DNA of 20,000 bases from an uncultured virus (IMG/VR IMGVR_UViG_3300047319_001747) (IMGVR_UViG_3300047319_001747); one strand, 5' to 3'; shown: positions 8,601 through 16,029, counted from the first letter of the stretch. Program-made: numbers and translations. Notes: generated by a model from the sequence alone, not told the origin.

Positions 8601-9184
8601 AGATCAGCGGCCTGGTCGACGACTCGATGAAGTTCGGCACCGCCATCCCGAAGAACATGAAGCCGCTGATCGACGAGCTGGTCCGGTCCGGGCAGCTGAC
8701 CGACGAGCAGGGCAACAAGATCGAGGACACGTCGAAGATCACGTTCGAGGATACGCCGCTCGACAAGAGCTTGACCGGGCTGAACGCCGCCATCGATCAC
8801 CTGTCGCAGGTCTTGGGCCTCGTGCCGGGACAGCTCGACAAGATCGGCAGCGCCGCCGACCGACTCCCCGACAATCCATACAAGGACTGGGTCGCACCGC
8901 CTCCGCCGGCGAGCCAGGACGGGCAAGCGTACGCGCAAGGTGGCGTCGTGTACGCGGCCGCTGGCATGACGGTCGGCGGACCGCGCGGCACCGACACGGT
9001 CCCTGCGTGGCTGACGCCAGGTGAACGCGTGACGTCGTTGAACCAACAGCGGCAGGACTCCGAAGCGATGGCGGAGCTGCAGATGGAGGTCGCGGGCCTC
9101 CGTCGTGACATGAACTCCAAGTTCCCGCGCGCGATCGGCGCGGCGGTCGGCACGGCGCTGGTCGGCGTGAGGATCGGCTCGTAA
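5663..9184 (+). CDS. Tape measure protein, 1173 aa
   Basis: Long Ala/Gly-rich helical protein after the chaperones; N-terminal 'EIGSLTGEITL', hydrophobic segments, C-terminal 'YAQGGVV...GPRGTDTVPAWLTPGERV' motif common in TMPs. Confidence 0.93.
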   Translation: MEIGSLTGEITLEDKATEVILQFSDKVKKFAEEMEGVSGAIAIGFGVVTAAVLATSASIVALGEKGSTLLGVETAFDHLAEAAGTTGDNLRGALSEGLKGTVDDMDAMQSVQRLLVSGFKLTDEQATTLAQTARELGKAFGKDAAEELDILSTSLATGRTRALTMQGVVIDVKKGEEEFAKSIGTTVDQLNAEGLLEGKRIAIMEGVKGKRDALGISELSFKEMVQNTNVALEEWGEKLAKSVASSPDVLRAYETMRDAVIKTFGGDSQDLMATMTGWINAFAKSVTEHGPAIVSTLGNVVDGIKGIYDFLLEHEDDIKTLAVGVAAYTAAWAALEIGGTIVTGVIAGIKAITLAAEILEAGSLVGLITPIGLVAAAVAGLAIAVYKFNQEMKNIQKPSTTGDLLASLKTEAGAKAMTIDEFNAKLAAKPQLEAGKTLTIPGIMAPGAGLPDNAQYVKDQAEKIEKATTDSIAKTEGLWDQYFITIDKMSGDTVGAQIGAIDRKREAEIASLDKTKKYNQDYQNQLQAIEAVAAVNRAAIFEDLYRKDVAAADQAVKDRLQLAYDEGIKEADLRKSGSDKVIDAWKKTQDDLVAINATGLDKQLLNINKSADDQIAVIKEMTDKEPGYTQAAVDNVNAIRQQQIDALYVDNAALQDNSAETLQAIADKAYTTYLAMAAAGGEYSEVTIKHFKEVADAAQRTASGIGKSLGSDLFDALKGVPQTLADAFKGGGSLLGAAESLGSQFGAIFGKHIGTAIGGALSIAGPIGAAIGSLVGPLIDMFAKLGGPSKDELAARSTFADFQKQFGTLPQTIDKVGAAYARMGLTGTDAQRDLQRALDATHVSAAAEASALDTINLVLEADKQRTADLASATQDVITAGQGFSGPLPDAIKVTIDQIMNASGATDAMKAALQGVLDKAKPDYEQLTKLAETYGLSLQDLGPKFEQANVEGRAKKIFDDFTALTQAGGDVGGVLSHMKDQISGLVDDSMKFGTAIPKNMKPLIDELVRSGQLTDEQGNKIEDTSKITFEDTPLDKSLTGLNAAIDHLSQVLGLVPGQLDKIGSAADRLPDNPYKDWVAPPPPASQDGQAYAQGGVVYAAAGMTVGGPRGTDTVPAWLTPGERVTSLNQQRQDSEAMAELQMEVAGLRRDMNSKFPRAIGAAVGTALVGVRIGS

Positions 9185-12100
9185 TGTTTGCACACGTCTA
9201 CTTCCCCGGCGCCTACTTCCCGGGAGTCTACTTCCCGCTGGAAGCCACCTCGTCGACCGCGACGCTGATCCCGAGCACCGCCGAGGCGCTCGTCGGCAAC
9301 ACGATTCAGGTGACCGCGAGCGGCGGACCTGGACACGTGCTCGACAGGGTGGCGCTCTACCGGGTCGGCACGCCGGACTACATCGACTACGCGGCCATCG
9401 TCCTCGGCGACACGCCCGTCGCCTACTGGCGGCTCGGGGAGCCGCTCGGATCTGCGACCATCGTGGACGCGAGCGGCCACGGCTACGTCGGCACGGTGAA
9501 CGGCACGGTGATCTTCGGGCAGCCGGGCCTGCAGCAGGACAACGACACGGCGGCGGCCTTCAGCGGCATCGACGGCAACGGCGTGACGCTCGATACGCCG
9601 ACGCCCGTCTCGGCGCACTTCACCGTCGAGGCCTGGGTAAAGCGCATCGGCGACAGCACGAGCAGCAGCGCGTACGAGTACATCTGGAGTTCCGGCCTCA
9701 TCGTCAACAACGCGGTCGAGGTGGCACTGTTCGACGCCGGGGCCACGACGACCCTGCAGTTCTTCATCAACTTCACGACCCTGACGCCGGGGTGGATCGA
9801 CACGGGCTACGTCGTCACCGACGGCGAGTGGTTCCACGTCGCAGTCACGTGGGACGGCGTCCGGGTCATCGTCTACGTCAACGGGAACGCCGTCTACTCG
9901 TCGGCGGCCTTCACCGGACTGACGCTCTACAGCGTCGGCTCGACCTCCGGTACGCGCGGCATCGGCTCGACGGAGGGCCTCGCCGGGCCGATCTGGGGCA
10001 TCCTCGACGAGGTGGCGCTGTACGACTACGCGCTGTCGAGCGGACAGATCAACGAGCACCTCGGCGCCGTCGTGCCGCAGATGGTGTCGTGGCAGTACAT
10101 GAACGGGACGCAAACGCCACCCGCCATCGGCCTCACCGACGCGACGCTGTCGTTCGTCATGGCGTACGGCGGCTTCTTCGAGTTCCGGTGGCTGTTCGCG
10201 GGCGGCTGGTCCCGCATCGCGACCAGCATCACGGTCTCGGTCCACTGGACGAGCGGCGTCGTGGAGATGGAGTTCAACGGGCGCGGCGGTGGCTGGACGC
10301 CAGTGACCGACTGGATGCGGAACCCTGGCATCACGTGGCACCGGGGGCTGCCAGGCACCAACATCACCGACCTCGTGGCCGACATCGGGACGCTCCACCT
10401 GACGCTCGACAACAGCGACCGGAACAGCGCTGGGCTGATGGGCTACTACAGCCCGGACAACGTCAACTGTCGCAAGGGCTTTGACCTCTACATTGGCCTG
10501 CGGTACACCGTTGCCGGCATTCGGCGATTCACGGGCACCATCTCGGCGATCGACGTCGTGCCGGGGACGAAGGGCTCGCGCAGGGTTGCGGTCGAGGCCG
10601 AGAGCTGGATGGGCACGGCCTCGCGTACGCGCCTCTCGGGCCTCATCGGCGTCCTCGTGAACAACCGCGGCGACCAGGTGTTTCAGGCGATCATCGACTC
10701 GCTGACGCCCTCGACGAAGCCGCTGGCGGTCGAGAAGGACGTCAGCTCGGACATCTTCCCCTACACGCTCGACCGCGTACGCGACGAACAGACGCTGCTG
10801 CGGGACGAGATCTACAGACTGTGCCTGAGCGGCCTGGACAAGTGCTGGGAGCGCGGCGACGGGACCGTCGTCTATGAGAGTCGATCGCGTCGGGTGACGA
10901 CGTCGAGCAGCGCGGACAACTTTCCCGACAACCATGGCTTCACGCCGACGCGCGACCGCAACGGGATCGTCAATCAGGTGCAGTCCACCGTCCACCCGAG
11001 GCTCCCCTCGGCGGTCAGCGTCGTGATGTACTCTCTGAACCAGCCGTTGTCGCTGGTGCCGGGGACGCCGATCACGGTGCTCGGCGGCTGGAACGACCCA
11101 GCCAACCCGAACGTGCGCCTCGGCGCCGTCAATCTTGACGCGCTGGTGGCGACGACCGACTACACGGCGAACTCGCTGGCCGACGGGTCGGGTACCGATC
11201 TCACGAGCCTCCTCGTCGTCACGACTGGGCTGTCCGGCAACGCGACCACGTTCACGATTACGTTGGGCGGCGCGACGCCAGGGTTCCTGACCAAGCTGCA
11301 GCAGCGCGGCAAGCCGCTCTATGACTACGGGCCGGTCGTCATGACCTACGACAACCCGGCGAGCATCGACAAGAGTGGCATGGCGTTCATGTCCCTGGAC
11401 ATGGCCTACCAAGCGGACCCGCGGTTCGGGCTGGAGGCAGCGCAGTACGTTATCTTCACCCTGTCAGGGCTGCAGACGAAGGTCTCGGGCTTTCGCCGCA
11501 CCTATGGATTCTTGAACGTCGCCGAGATGGCCCGCACGGTGGCACGCGAGGTAAGCGACCGCATCACGATCACCGACGAGCTGACTGGCCTCAGCAAGAT
11601 CTTCTTCATCAACGCCATCGACGAGATGGAGGTCGAAGGGCTGCTGACGACGGAGTGGCTGCTGACGCCCGCCGACAACACAGCGTTCTGGCTGCTGGAG
11701 GTCGTCGGTCGCAGCGAGCTGGACGCGACCACGCGGCTCGGCTTCGGGTTGATCGTCGGGCACACGGACGTCTTGCACGGCGACATCCATACGGACGTGG
11801 CGCACGCGGACTCTGTCCATCAAGACTCGCATACCGATGCGCACGCGGACGTCTCGCACGGTGACGACACGGGCCATACAGACATTCCGCATACCGACAC
11901 GCCGCACACGGACACGCACAGCGACGTGGCGCACGGGGACAGCCACTCGGACGTGGCGCACGTGGACTCGACGCAGACGGCGGGGTACGGCGACTATCAC
12001 GAGGACGAGGCGGCGACGGGGTTCCACTCCGACTACTGGACCGCGTCTCCAGTGACCCACGGCGATGGCGATGGCTCGAGCCACCAGGACATCCATCAGG

Positions 12101-12342
12101 ACGTGACGGTGCCGTTCTCGCACAACGACGTGGCCCACTCGGACGTGGCCCACTCGGACTCGCCGCACACCGATTCGCGGGTCATCGTCAACCACGTTGA
12201 TTCGGCGCACGGCGACGCCACGGGGCACACCGATACAGGTCACATCGACACGCACGGCGACGTTAACCACGCGGACGTCCTGCATCAGGACGCACCGCAC
12301 GACGATACGCACACGGACGCGGCGCACGGAGACATCAATTGA
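9184..12342 (+). CDS. Tail-tip / baseplate hub-like protein with LamG (concanavalin A-like) domain and C-terminal His-x-Asp repeat tract, 1052 aa
   Basis: Directly follows TMP (TAATG overlap). LamG motifs 'PVAYWRLGE', 'FTVEAWVK', 'WFHVAVTWDG', 'VYVNG', 'GILDEVALYDYALS'; minor-tail-like 'WTPVTDW...ITWHRG...GTLHLTLDNSD...YYSPDN'; HxD tract from 11761. Confidence 0.8.
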   Translation: MFAHVYFPGAYFPGVYFPLEATSSTATLIPSTAEALVGNTIQVTASGGPGHVLDRVALYRVGTPDYIDYAAIVLGDTPVAYWRLGEPLGSATIVDASGHGYVGTVNGTVIFGQPGLQQDNDTAAAFSGIDGNGVTLDTPTPVSAHFTVEAWVKRIGDSTSSSAYEYIWSSGLIVNNAVEVALFDAGATTTLQFFINFTTLTPGWIDTGYVVTDGEWFHVAVTWDGVRVIVYVNGNAVYSSAAFTGLTLYSVGSTSGTRGIGSTEGLAGPIWGILDEVALYDYALSSGQINEHLGAVVPQMVSWQYMNGTQTPPAIGLTDATLSFVMAYGGFFEFRWLFAGGWSRIATSITVSVHWTSGVVEMEFNGRGGGWTPVTDWMRNPGITWHRGLPGTNITDLVADIGTLHLTLDNSDRNSAGLMGYYSPDNVNCRKGFDLYIGLRYTVAGIRRFTGTISAIDVVPGTKGSRRVAVEAESWMGTASRTRLSGLIGVLVNNRGDQVFQAIIDSLTPSTKPLAVEKDVSSDIFPYTLDRVRDEQTLLRDEIYRLCLSGLDKCWERGDGTVVYESRSRRVTTSSSADNFPDNHGFTPTRDRNGIVNQVQSTVHPRLPSAVSVVMYSLNQPLSLVPGTPITVLGGWNDPANPNVRLGAVNLDALVATTDYTANSLADGSGTDLTSLLVVTTGLSGNATTFTITLGGATPGFLTKLQQRGKPLYDYGPVVMTYDNPASIDKSGMAFMSLDMAYQADPRFGLEAAQYVIFTLSGLQTKVSGFRRTYGFLNVAEMARTVAREVSDRITITDELTGLSKIFFINAIDEMEVEGLLTTEWLLTPADNTAFWLLEVVGRSELDATTRLGFGLIVGHTDVLHGDIHTDVAHADSVHQDSHTDAHADVSHGDDTGHTDIPHTDTPHTDTHSDVAHGDSHSDVAHVDSTQTAGYGDYHEDEAATGFHSDYWTASPVTHGDGDGSSHQDIHQDVTVPFSHNDVAHSDVAHSDSPHTDSRVIVNHVDSAHGDATGHTDTGHIDTHGDVNHADVLHQDAPHDDTHTDAAHGDIN
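11761..12339 (+). repeat. Protein-level His-x-Asp repeat array (34 HxD in 193 aa)
   Basis: Counted by hand in the translation (HTD, HGD, HAD, HQD, HSD, HVD, HED, HND, HID, HDD); every His in the tract has Asp at +2. Confidence 0.95.
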
Positions 12343-13649
12343 CGATCGAGCTGACGCCTGTCGGCGTCGCGTGCAACTTGTCATGCACATACTGCTACCA
12401 GAACCCCATGCGCGACGCGGGGAACGTCACCGTGCCGCACGACTTCGAGAAGATGAAGGCGGGGCTGGAGCGCGAGGGCGGGTCGTTCTCGGTGTTCGGC
12501 GGCGAGGCGCTGCTTACGCCGCTGCCGCTGCTGGAAGAGATCTTCGCCTACGGCCTCCAGCGCTTCGGGTCCAACGGCATCCAGACGAACGGCGCCCTCA
12601 TCACCGACGTGCACGTCGAGTTGTTCAAGCGGTACAAGGTGAACGTCGGCCTGTCGCTCGACGGGCCGGGCGAGCTGAACGACAGCCGGTGGGCGGGCTC
12701 GCTGAAGAAGACGCGCGAGGCGACGGCGCAGAGCTTCAGCGGCCTCTTTCGCCTGCTGGACGCGGGCATCGTGCCCAGCGTCATCGTGACGCTGTACCGA
12801 GGGAACGCGGTCGGCGACAAGCTGACGCAGCTGCTCGAGTGGTTCCGACTGCTCGAGGTGTACGGCGTCTACGCCGTGAGGCTGCACCTGCTGGAGGTCG
12901 AGACCGACGAGGTCCAGCAGGCGATGGCGCTGACCATCGAGGAGAACACCGCCGCGCTGCTGCGGCTCTACGAGTTCCAGGCCACGACGAAGGTCCGCTT
13001 CGACCTCTTCGGCGAGATGGCCAAGCTGCTCCTCGGCAACGACGTCGGCGCGACGTGCGTGTGGGGCGCGTGCGACCCGTACACGACGGCCGCCGTGCGC
13101 GGCGTGGACGCGGAAGGCGAGTCGTCCAACTGCGGGCGGACGAACAAAGAGGGCATCAGTTGGCAGAAGGCCCAGACGCCGGGCTACGAGCGTCAGGTGG
13201 CGCTCTACCATACGCCGCAGGCGGACTTCGGGTGTGAGGACTGTCGGTTCTTCTTCGCCTGCAAGGGCCAGTGCCCGGGCACGGCCGAAGGCGGCGACTG
13301 GCGGAACCGCAGCGAGCACTGCGGCGCGTGGATGACGCTGTTCGACCGCATCGAGGCGGACTTGATCAGCATCGGGCACGTGCCGCTGTCGCGGAACGAC
13401 GCGCTGCGGACGCAGGTCGACGCCCTGATGCTGAAGTACTGGGCGCGCGGCGAGAACCTCTCCATCACGCAGGCCGTCGCCGCCGTGCAGGCGGGCGTCG
13501 AGCCGACGATCGTCCCTCCGGCGCGCGGCCACGGCGACCACTGGGACGCGCCCGACGGCTACCGGCACGCGGACGGAGACTTTACCATTCACGGCGACCG
13601 CGGAACCACCGACATGCACGGGGACTCAGATGCCAAAAACCCTCGCTGA
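12339..13649 (+). CDS. Radical SAM/SPASM domain protein (anaerobic sulfatase maturase / peptide maturase-like), 436 aa
   Basis: CNLSCTYC (CxxxCxxC) at 12372-12395; GGE, 'IQTNG', 'SLDGP'; SPASM cysteines 'CVWGAC', 'GESSNCG', 'CEDCRFFFACKGQC' (13233-13274), 'SEHC'. TTG start overlaps the upstream TGA, with GGAGA RBS. Confidence 0.92.
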   Translation: MTIELTPVGVACNLSCTYCYQNPMRDAGNVTVPHDFEKMKAGLEREGGSFSVFGGEALLTPLPLLEEIFAYGLQRFGSNGIQTNGALITDVHVELFKRYKVNVGLSLDGPGELNDSRWAGSLKKTREATAQSFSGLFRLLDAGIVPSVIVTLYRGNAVGDKLTQLLEWFRLLEVYGVYAVRLHLLEVETDEVQQAMALTIEENTAALLRLYEFQATTKVRFDLFGEMAKLLLGNDVGATCVWGACDPYTTAAVRGVDAEGESSNCGRTNKEGISWQKAQTPGYERQVALYHTPQADFGCEDCRFFFACKGQCPGTAEGGDWRNRSEHCGAWMTLFDRIEADLISIGHVPLSRNDALRTQVDALMLKYWARGENLSITQAVAAVQAGVEPTIVPPARGHGDHWDAPDGYRHADGDFTIHGDRGTTDMHGDSDAKNPR

Positions 13650-13995
13650 CCGCCTCGTCGTCGTTCAGCAGCAGTACGCCGACCAGATCGAGATCCAAGG
13701 CTACAGCGTCGACGCGCAGACGCGGCAGATCACGCTGACGATCGTCCCGAGCCGGTTGAACGACGACGGCGTGACGCGAACCGTGCTGCCGTCGCACGCG
13801 GTGACGTTCGACGACCCGCTCGTCACGCAGACGATGGGCCTGATCGTCTCGCAGATCGTGCTGACGGTGCTGAATCAGATCGGCGCGCCCCAGCAGGTGA
13901 TCGACCGGGCGACGACGGCGATGAACAACAACCTGACGGCGACGGCGGACGTTTACTACCAAGCGACGAGGGACCAACTGTATGCCAGACTCTAG
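13630..13995 (+). CDS. Hypothetical protein, 121 aa
   Basis: Overlaps both neighbours, strong high-GC codon bias, no recognisable motif. Confidence 0.7.
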   Translation: MPKTLADRLVVVQQQYADQIEIQGYSVDAQTRQITLTIVPSRLNDDGVTRTVLPSHAVTFDDPLVTQTMGLIVSQIVLTVLNQIGAPQQVIDRATTAMNNNLTATADVYYQATRDQLYARL

Positions 13996-15151
13996 GCCGG
14001 ACTGGACGCGCATCATCTGGGCGAGCCGCGTGGCGCGCGAGGCGTGGGAGCCGCGCGTTCAGGCGATTCAACGGGCGTGGGTGCGCGTCGAAGTGGCATC
14101 GGTTGAGCGGCTGGTCCGAGCGGCGGCCCTCGTGTACGGGAAGCCGGAGACGAACCTGTCGATGCGCGAGGTCGCGCCAACCCGATGGGCCGTTGCCCGC
14201 AGCCTGGACCTTGACGTCTTCTGTCATGCCTATGAGACAGGTGACGACAATACGGTTGGGCGTCTACTTGGCTATCCTGAGTGCTGCCGCGCGTTCTTCT
14301 CGCGCACGTGGGGCGGCGCGAACGTCGACACGACGTGGGAGATGCTCGCACCGGGCCTGCGCGCGGACGGACCCGTGGAGTCGAACATCCTCGGGCGGTG
14401 GCTGGGCGTCCGCCTCGTGCCGCACCTGCCGTGCAGCTTCAACTGCACGGCGACGGTCGCGTTCGCCGAACGGCTGGCGCCGTCGTGGCCTGCCCAAGAG
14501 CTCGCCTGGGCGAAAGAGATCCTCAACTGGCCCTGCGAGTGGAACGCTCGGCACGGCATCGCCGAGGTCCGGTTCCCGGTGCTCAAGCTCTCAACCCGGA
14601 CGACCGTCTACCCAGAGAAGAGGACCATCCAGCGCCACGGGCCTGGCTGGCCGGCTGAGGCAGCCCGAGGGCTTCAGTTCCCTTACCAGAAGCCAGTAAG
14701 CCCTTTGCCTCTGGTCCGGCCCGTCCTCCAGGCTGCCATCAGGCCAGAGGACAACGGCTTCTTGACGCGGAGCGGCATGGACAGCGCGCACGAGATGATC
14801 CTGGCCGCGCTCCACGACGCGCCGCCCCGCGGCACCGTCCTGGACCTTGGCGCTGGCGACGGCCGCCTCATGCGCCGCATCGCCGCCACGTTCGCGGTCC
14901 CGGTGCAAGGCGTGGAGTCGGTGCCGCTCAAGGCGTCGAAGGACCCGCTCGTCATCTGCGACGACCTGCGCCACATGATGACCGTCGAGGGCCGGCAGCA
15001 CGTCGACACGATCGTCGTCTCGGTACGGCGCTACGAAGAGGTCCCAGGACTGGAGGCGTGGTGCCGCGCGCACGCGCGACAGGTGCTGACCTACTCCTAC
15101 GATTACCCGATGTTTACGAGCATGGAGGCGGCGTGCCTTACGTCAAGATAG
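13982..15151 (+). CDS. Two-domain protein: Cys-motif N-terminal domain (DUF483-like) fused to a class I SAM-dependent methyltransferase-like domain, 389 aa
   Basis: 'GRLLGYPECCRAFF' (about 14258-14299) and 'HLPCSFNC'; Pro-rich linker; SAM-binding motif I 'VLDLGAGDG' at 14837-14863 followed by 'VQGVE'. Confidence 0.65.
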   Translation: MPDSRPDWTRIIWASRVAREAWEPRVQAIQRAWVRVEVASVERLVRAAALVYGKPETNLSMREVAPTRWAVARSLDLDVFCHAYETGDDNTVGRLLGYPECCRAFFSRTWGGANVDTTWEMLAPGLRADGPVESNILGRWLGVRLVPHLPCSFNCTATVAFAERLAPSWPAQELAWAKEILNWPCEWNARHGIAEVRFPVLKLSTRTTVYPEKRTIQRHGPGWPAEAARGLQFPYQKPVSPLPLVRPVLQAAIRPEDNGFLTRSGMDSAHEMILAALHDAPPRGTVLDLGAGDGRLMRRIAATFAVPVQGVESVPLKASKDPLVICDDLRHMMTVEGRQHVDTIVVSVRRYEEVPGLEAWCRAHARQVLTYSYDYPMFTSMEAACLTSR

Positions 15152-15534
15152 AAACGGCGTCGACGCTGCGGTTCCCCGATGGTTCCCGGGTGACGTCGCC
15201 GCAGGCGTACCTCGGGTGGCACACGTGGCACCTCGCGGACCGCGAGGTGGCGCAGGCGTGGGCAAACGAGCAGCCCGTCCAGGCGCGCATCGAGCACGGC
15301 CGCTGGGTGACCAACTGCGCGTCGTGCGGCACGGGGATGTTCACGCACCCCGTCTGGCAGCTGGCCTGCTGCGGCGAGTGCGGCGCGGTGCACGCGACCA
15401 TCGTCGTTCCGCCGAACTGGCAGGCGATCGAGGCGGAGCTGCTCAAGCGCCCGGTCCGCGTGAACCAGAACTGGCTGCCGAACGAAACCCTCGAGACGTT
15501 GACGCGCGAGTCGCGCGCGCATGGAGTCCGCTGA
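15133..15534 (+). CDS. Zn-ribbon-containing phage tail-region protein, 133 aa
   Basis: GTG 15133 after GGAGG; 'HGRWVTNCASC...CCGEC' two CxxC pairs; C-terminal 'LLKRP...NQNWLPNETLETL'; TGATG-coupled to the fibre gene. Confidence 0.7.
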   Translation: MPYVKIETASTLRFPDGSRVTSPQAYLGWHTWHLADREVAQAWANEQPVQARIEHGRWVTNCASCGTGMFTHPVWQLACCGECGAVHATIVVPPNWQAIEAELLKRPVRVNQNWLPNETLETLTRESRAHGVR

Positions 15535-16022
15535 TGGCATGGACGACGCCCAGAACATGGGTCCCCGGCGAGCTGGTCACGGCCAGCATGATGAACATCC
15601 ACGTCCGCGACAACCTGAACTTCTTGCTCACGACGTTCGGCGTGTGGACGCCGGTCTCGTTCAACGCCGGGGACTACACGGCGACGGGCGGCGGCTGGAC
15701 GGTGACGGGCGGCATGGTGCTCCAGAACCGCTATTCCGTCATGAATAAGACCCTCTTCTGGAACGTGATGGTGCAAAATTCGACCGTCACGTCGACGCCG
15801 ACGCAGCTGCTGATCGCCGTTCCAGGTGGAGTACTCTTTTATACGACGATCAACTATAACCGCGTCGCGCGGTTAGTTGACAATGCTGTCGTCTCTGAAG
15901 GGACCGTCACGCCGGCCAGCGCTGGACAGGTCGCCATCGCGCGGAGTTCTGGCAGCGCCACGTTCGCGGCGTCGACGACGGCGACCACCGTCCAATTCTC
16001 TGCGTGGTTCGAACTTACATAA
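15534..16022 (+). CDS. Small tail fibre / receptor-binding protein, 162 aa
   Basis: ATG 15534; N-terminal 'MAWTTPRTWVPGELVTASMMNIHVRDNLNFL' is a recurrent fibre-anchoring motif; beta-rich C-terminal head ending 'VQFSAWFELT'. Confidence 0.7.
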   Translation: MAWTTPRTWVPGELVTASMMNIHVRDNLNFLLTTFGVWTPVSFNAGDYTATGGGWTVTGGMVLQNRYSVMNKTLFWNVMVQNSTVTSTPTQLLIAVPGGVLFYTTINYNRVARLVDNAVVSEGTVTPASAGQVAIARSSGSATFAASTTATTVQFSAWFELT

Positions 16023-16029
16023 GGGCCTT

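Noticed and set aside
8797..11412. Long - strand ORFs (871 aa here; also 2051-3214, 7880-9193, 12381-13619, 16015-17820)
   Set aside because: Antisense shadows of high-GC + strand genes; Arg/Val/Gly-rich, no motifs, and fully overlapping well-supported genes.
11761..12339. CRISPR array or DNA tandem repeat / diversity-generating retroelement target
   Set aside because: Repetition is at the codon level (CAC-NNN-GAC) within an open frame; no constant-length repeats with spacers, no reverse transcriptase and no template/variable repeat pair seen.
12197..13237. 346-aa alternative + frame ORF overlapping the radical SAM gene
   Set aside because: Arg/Ala-rich off-frame product of GC-biased codons with no RBS or motif.
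12339..13649. Radical SAM as a QueE/7-deazaguanine, NrdG or MoaA-type enzyme, or a true sulfatase maturase
   Set aside because: It has a full SPASM cysteine set and lacks the partner genes (queC/queD/folE, nrdD, moaC, sulfatase) in the window; the context is tail morphogenesis.
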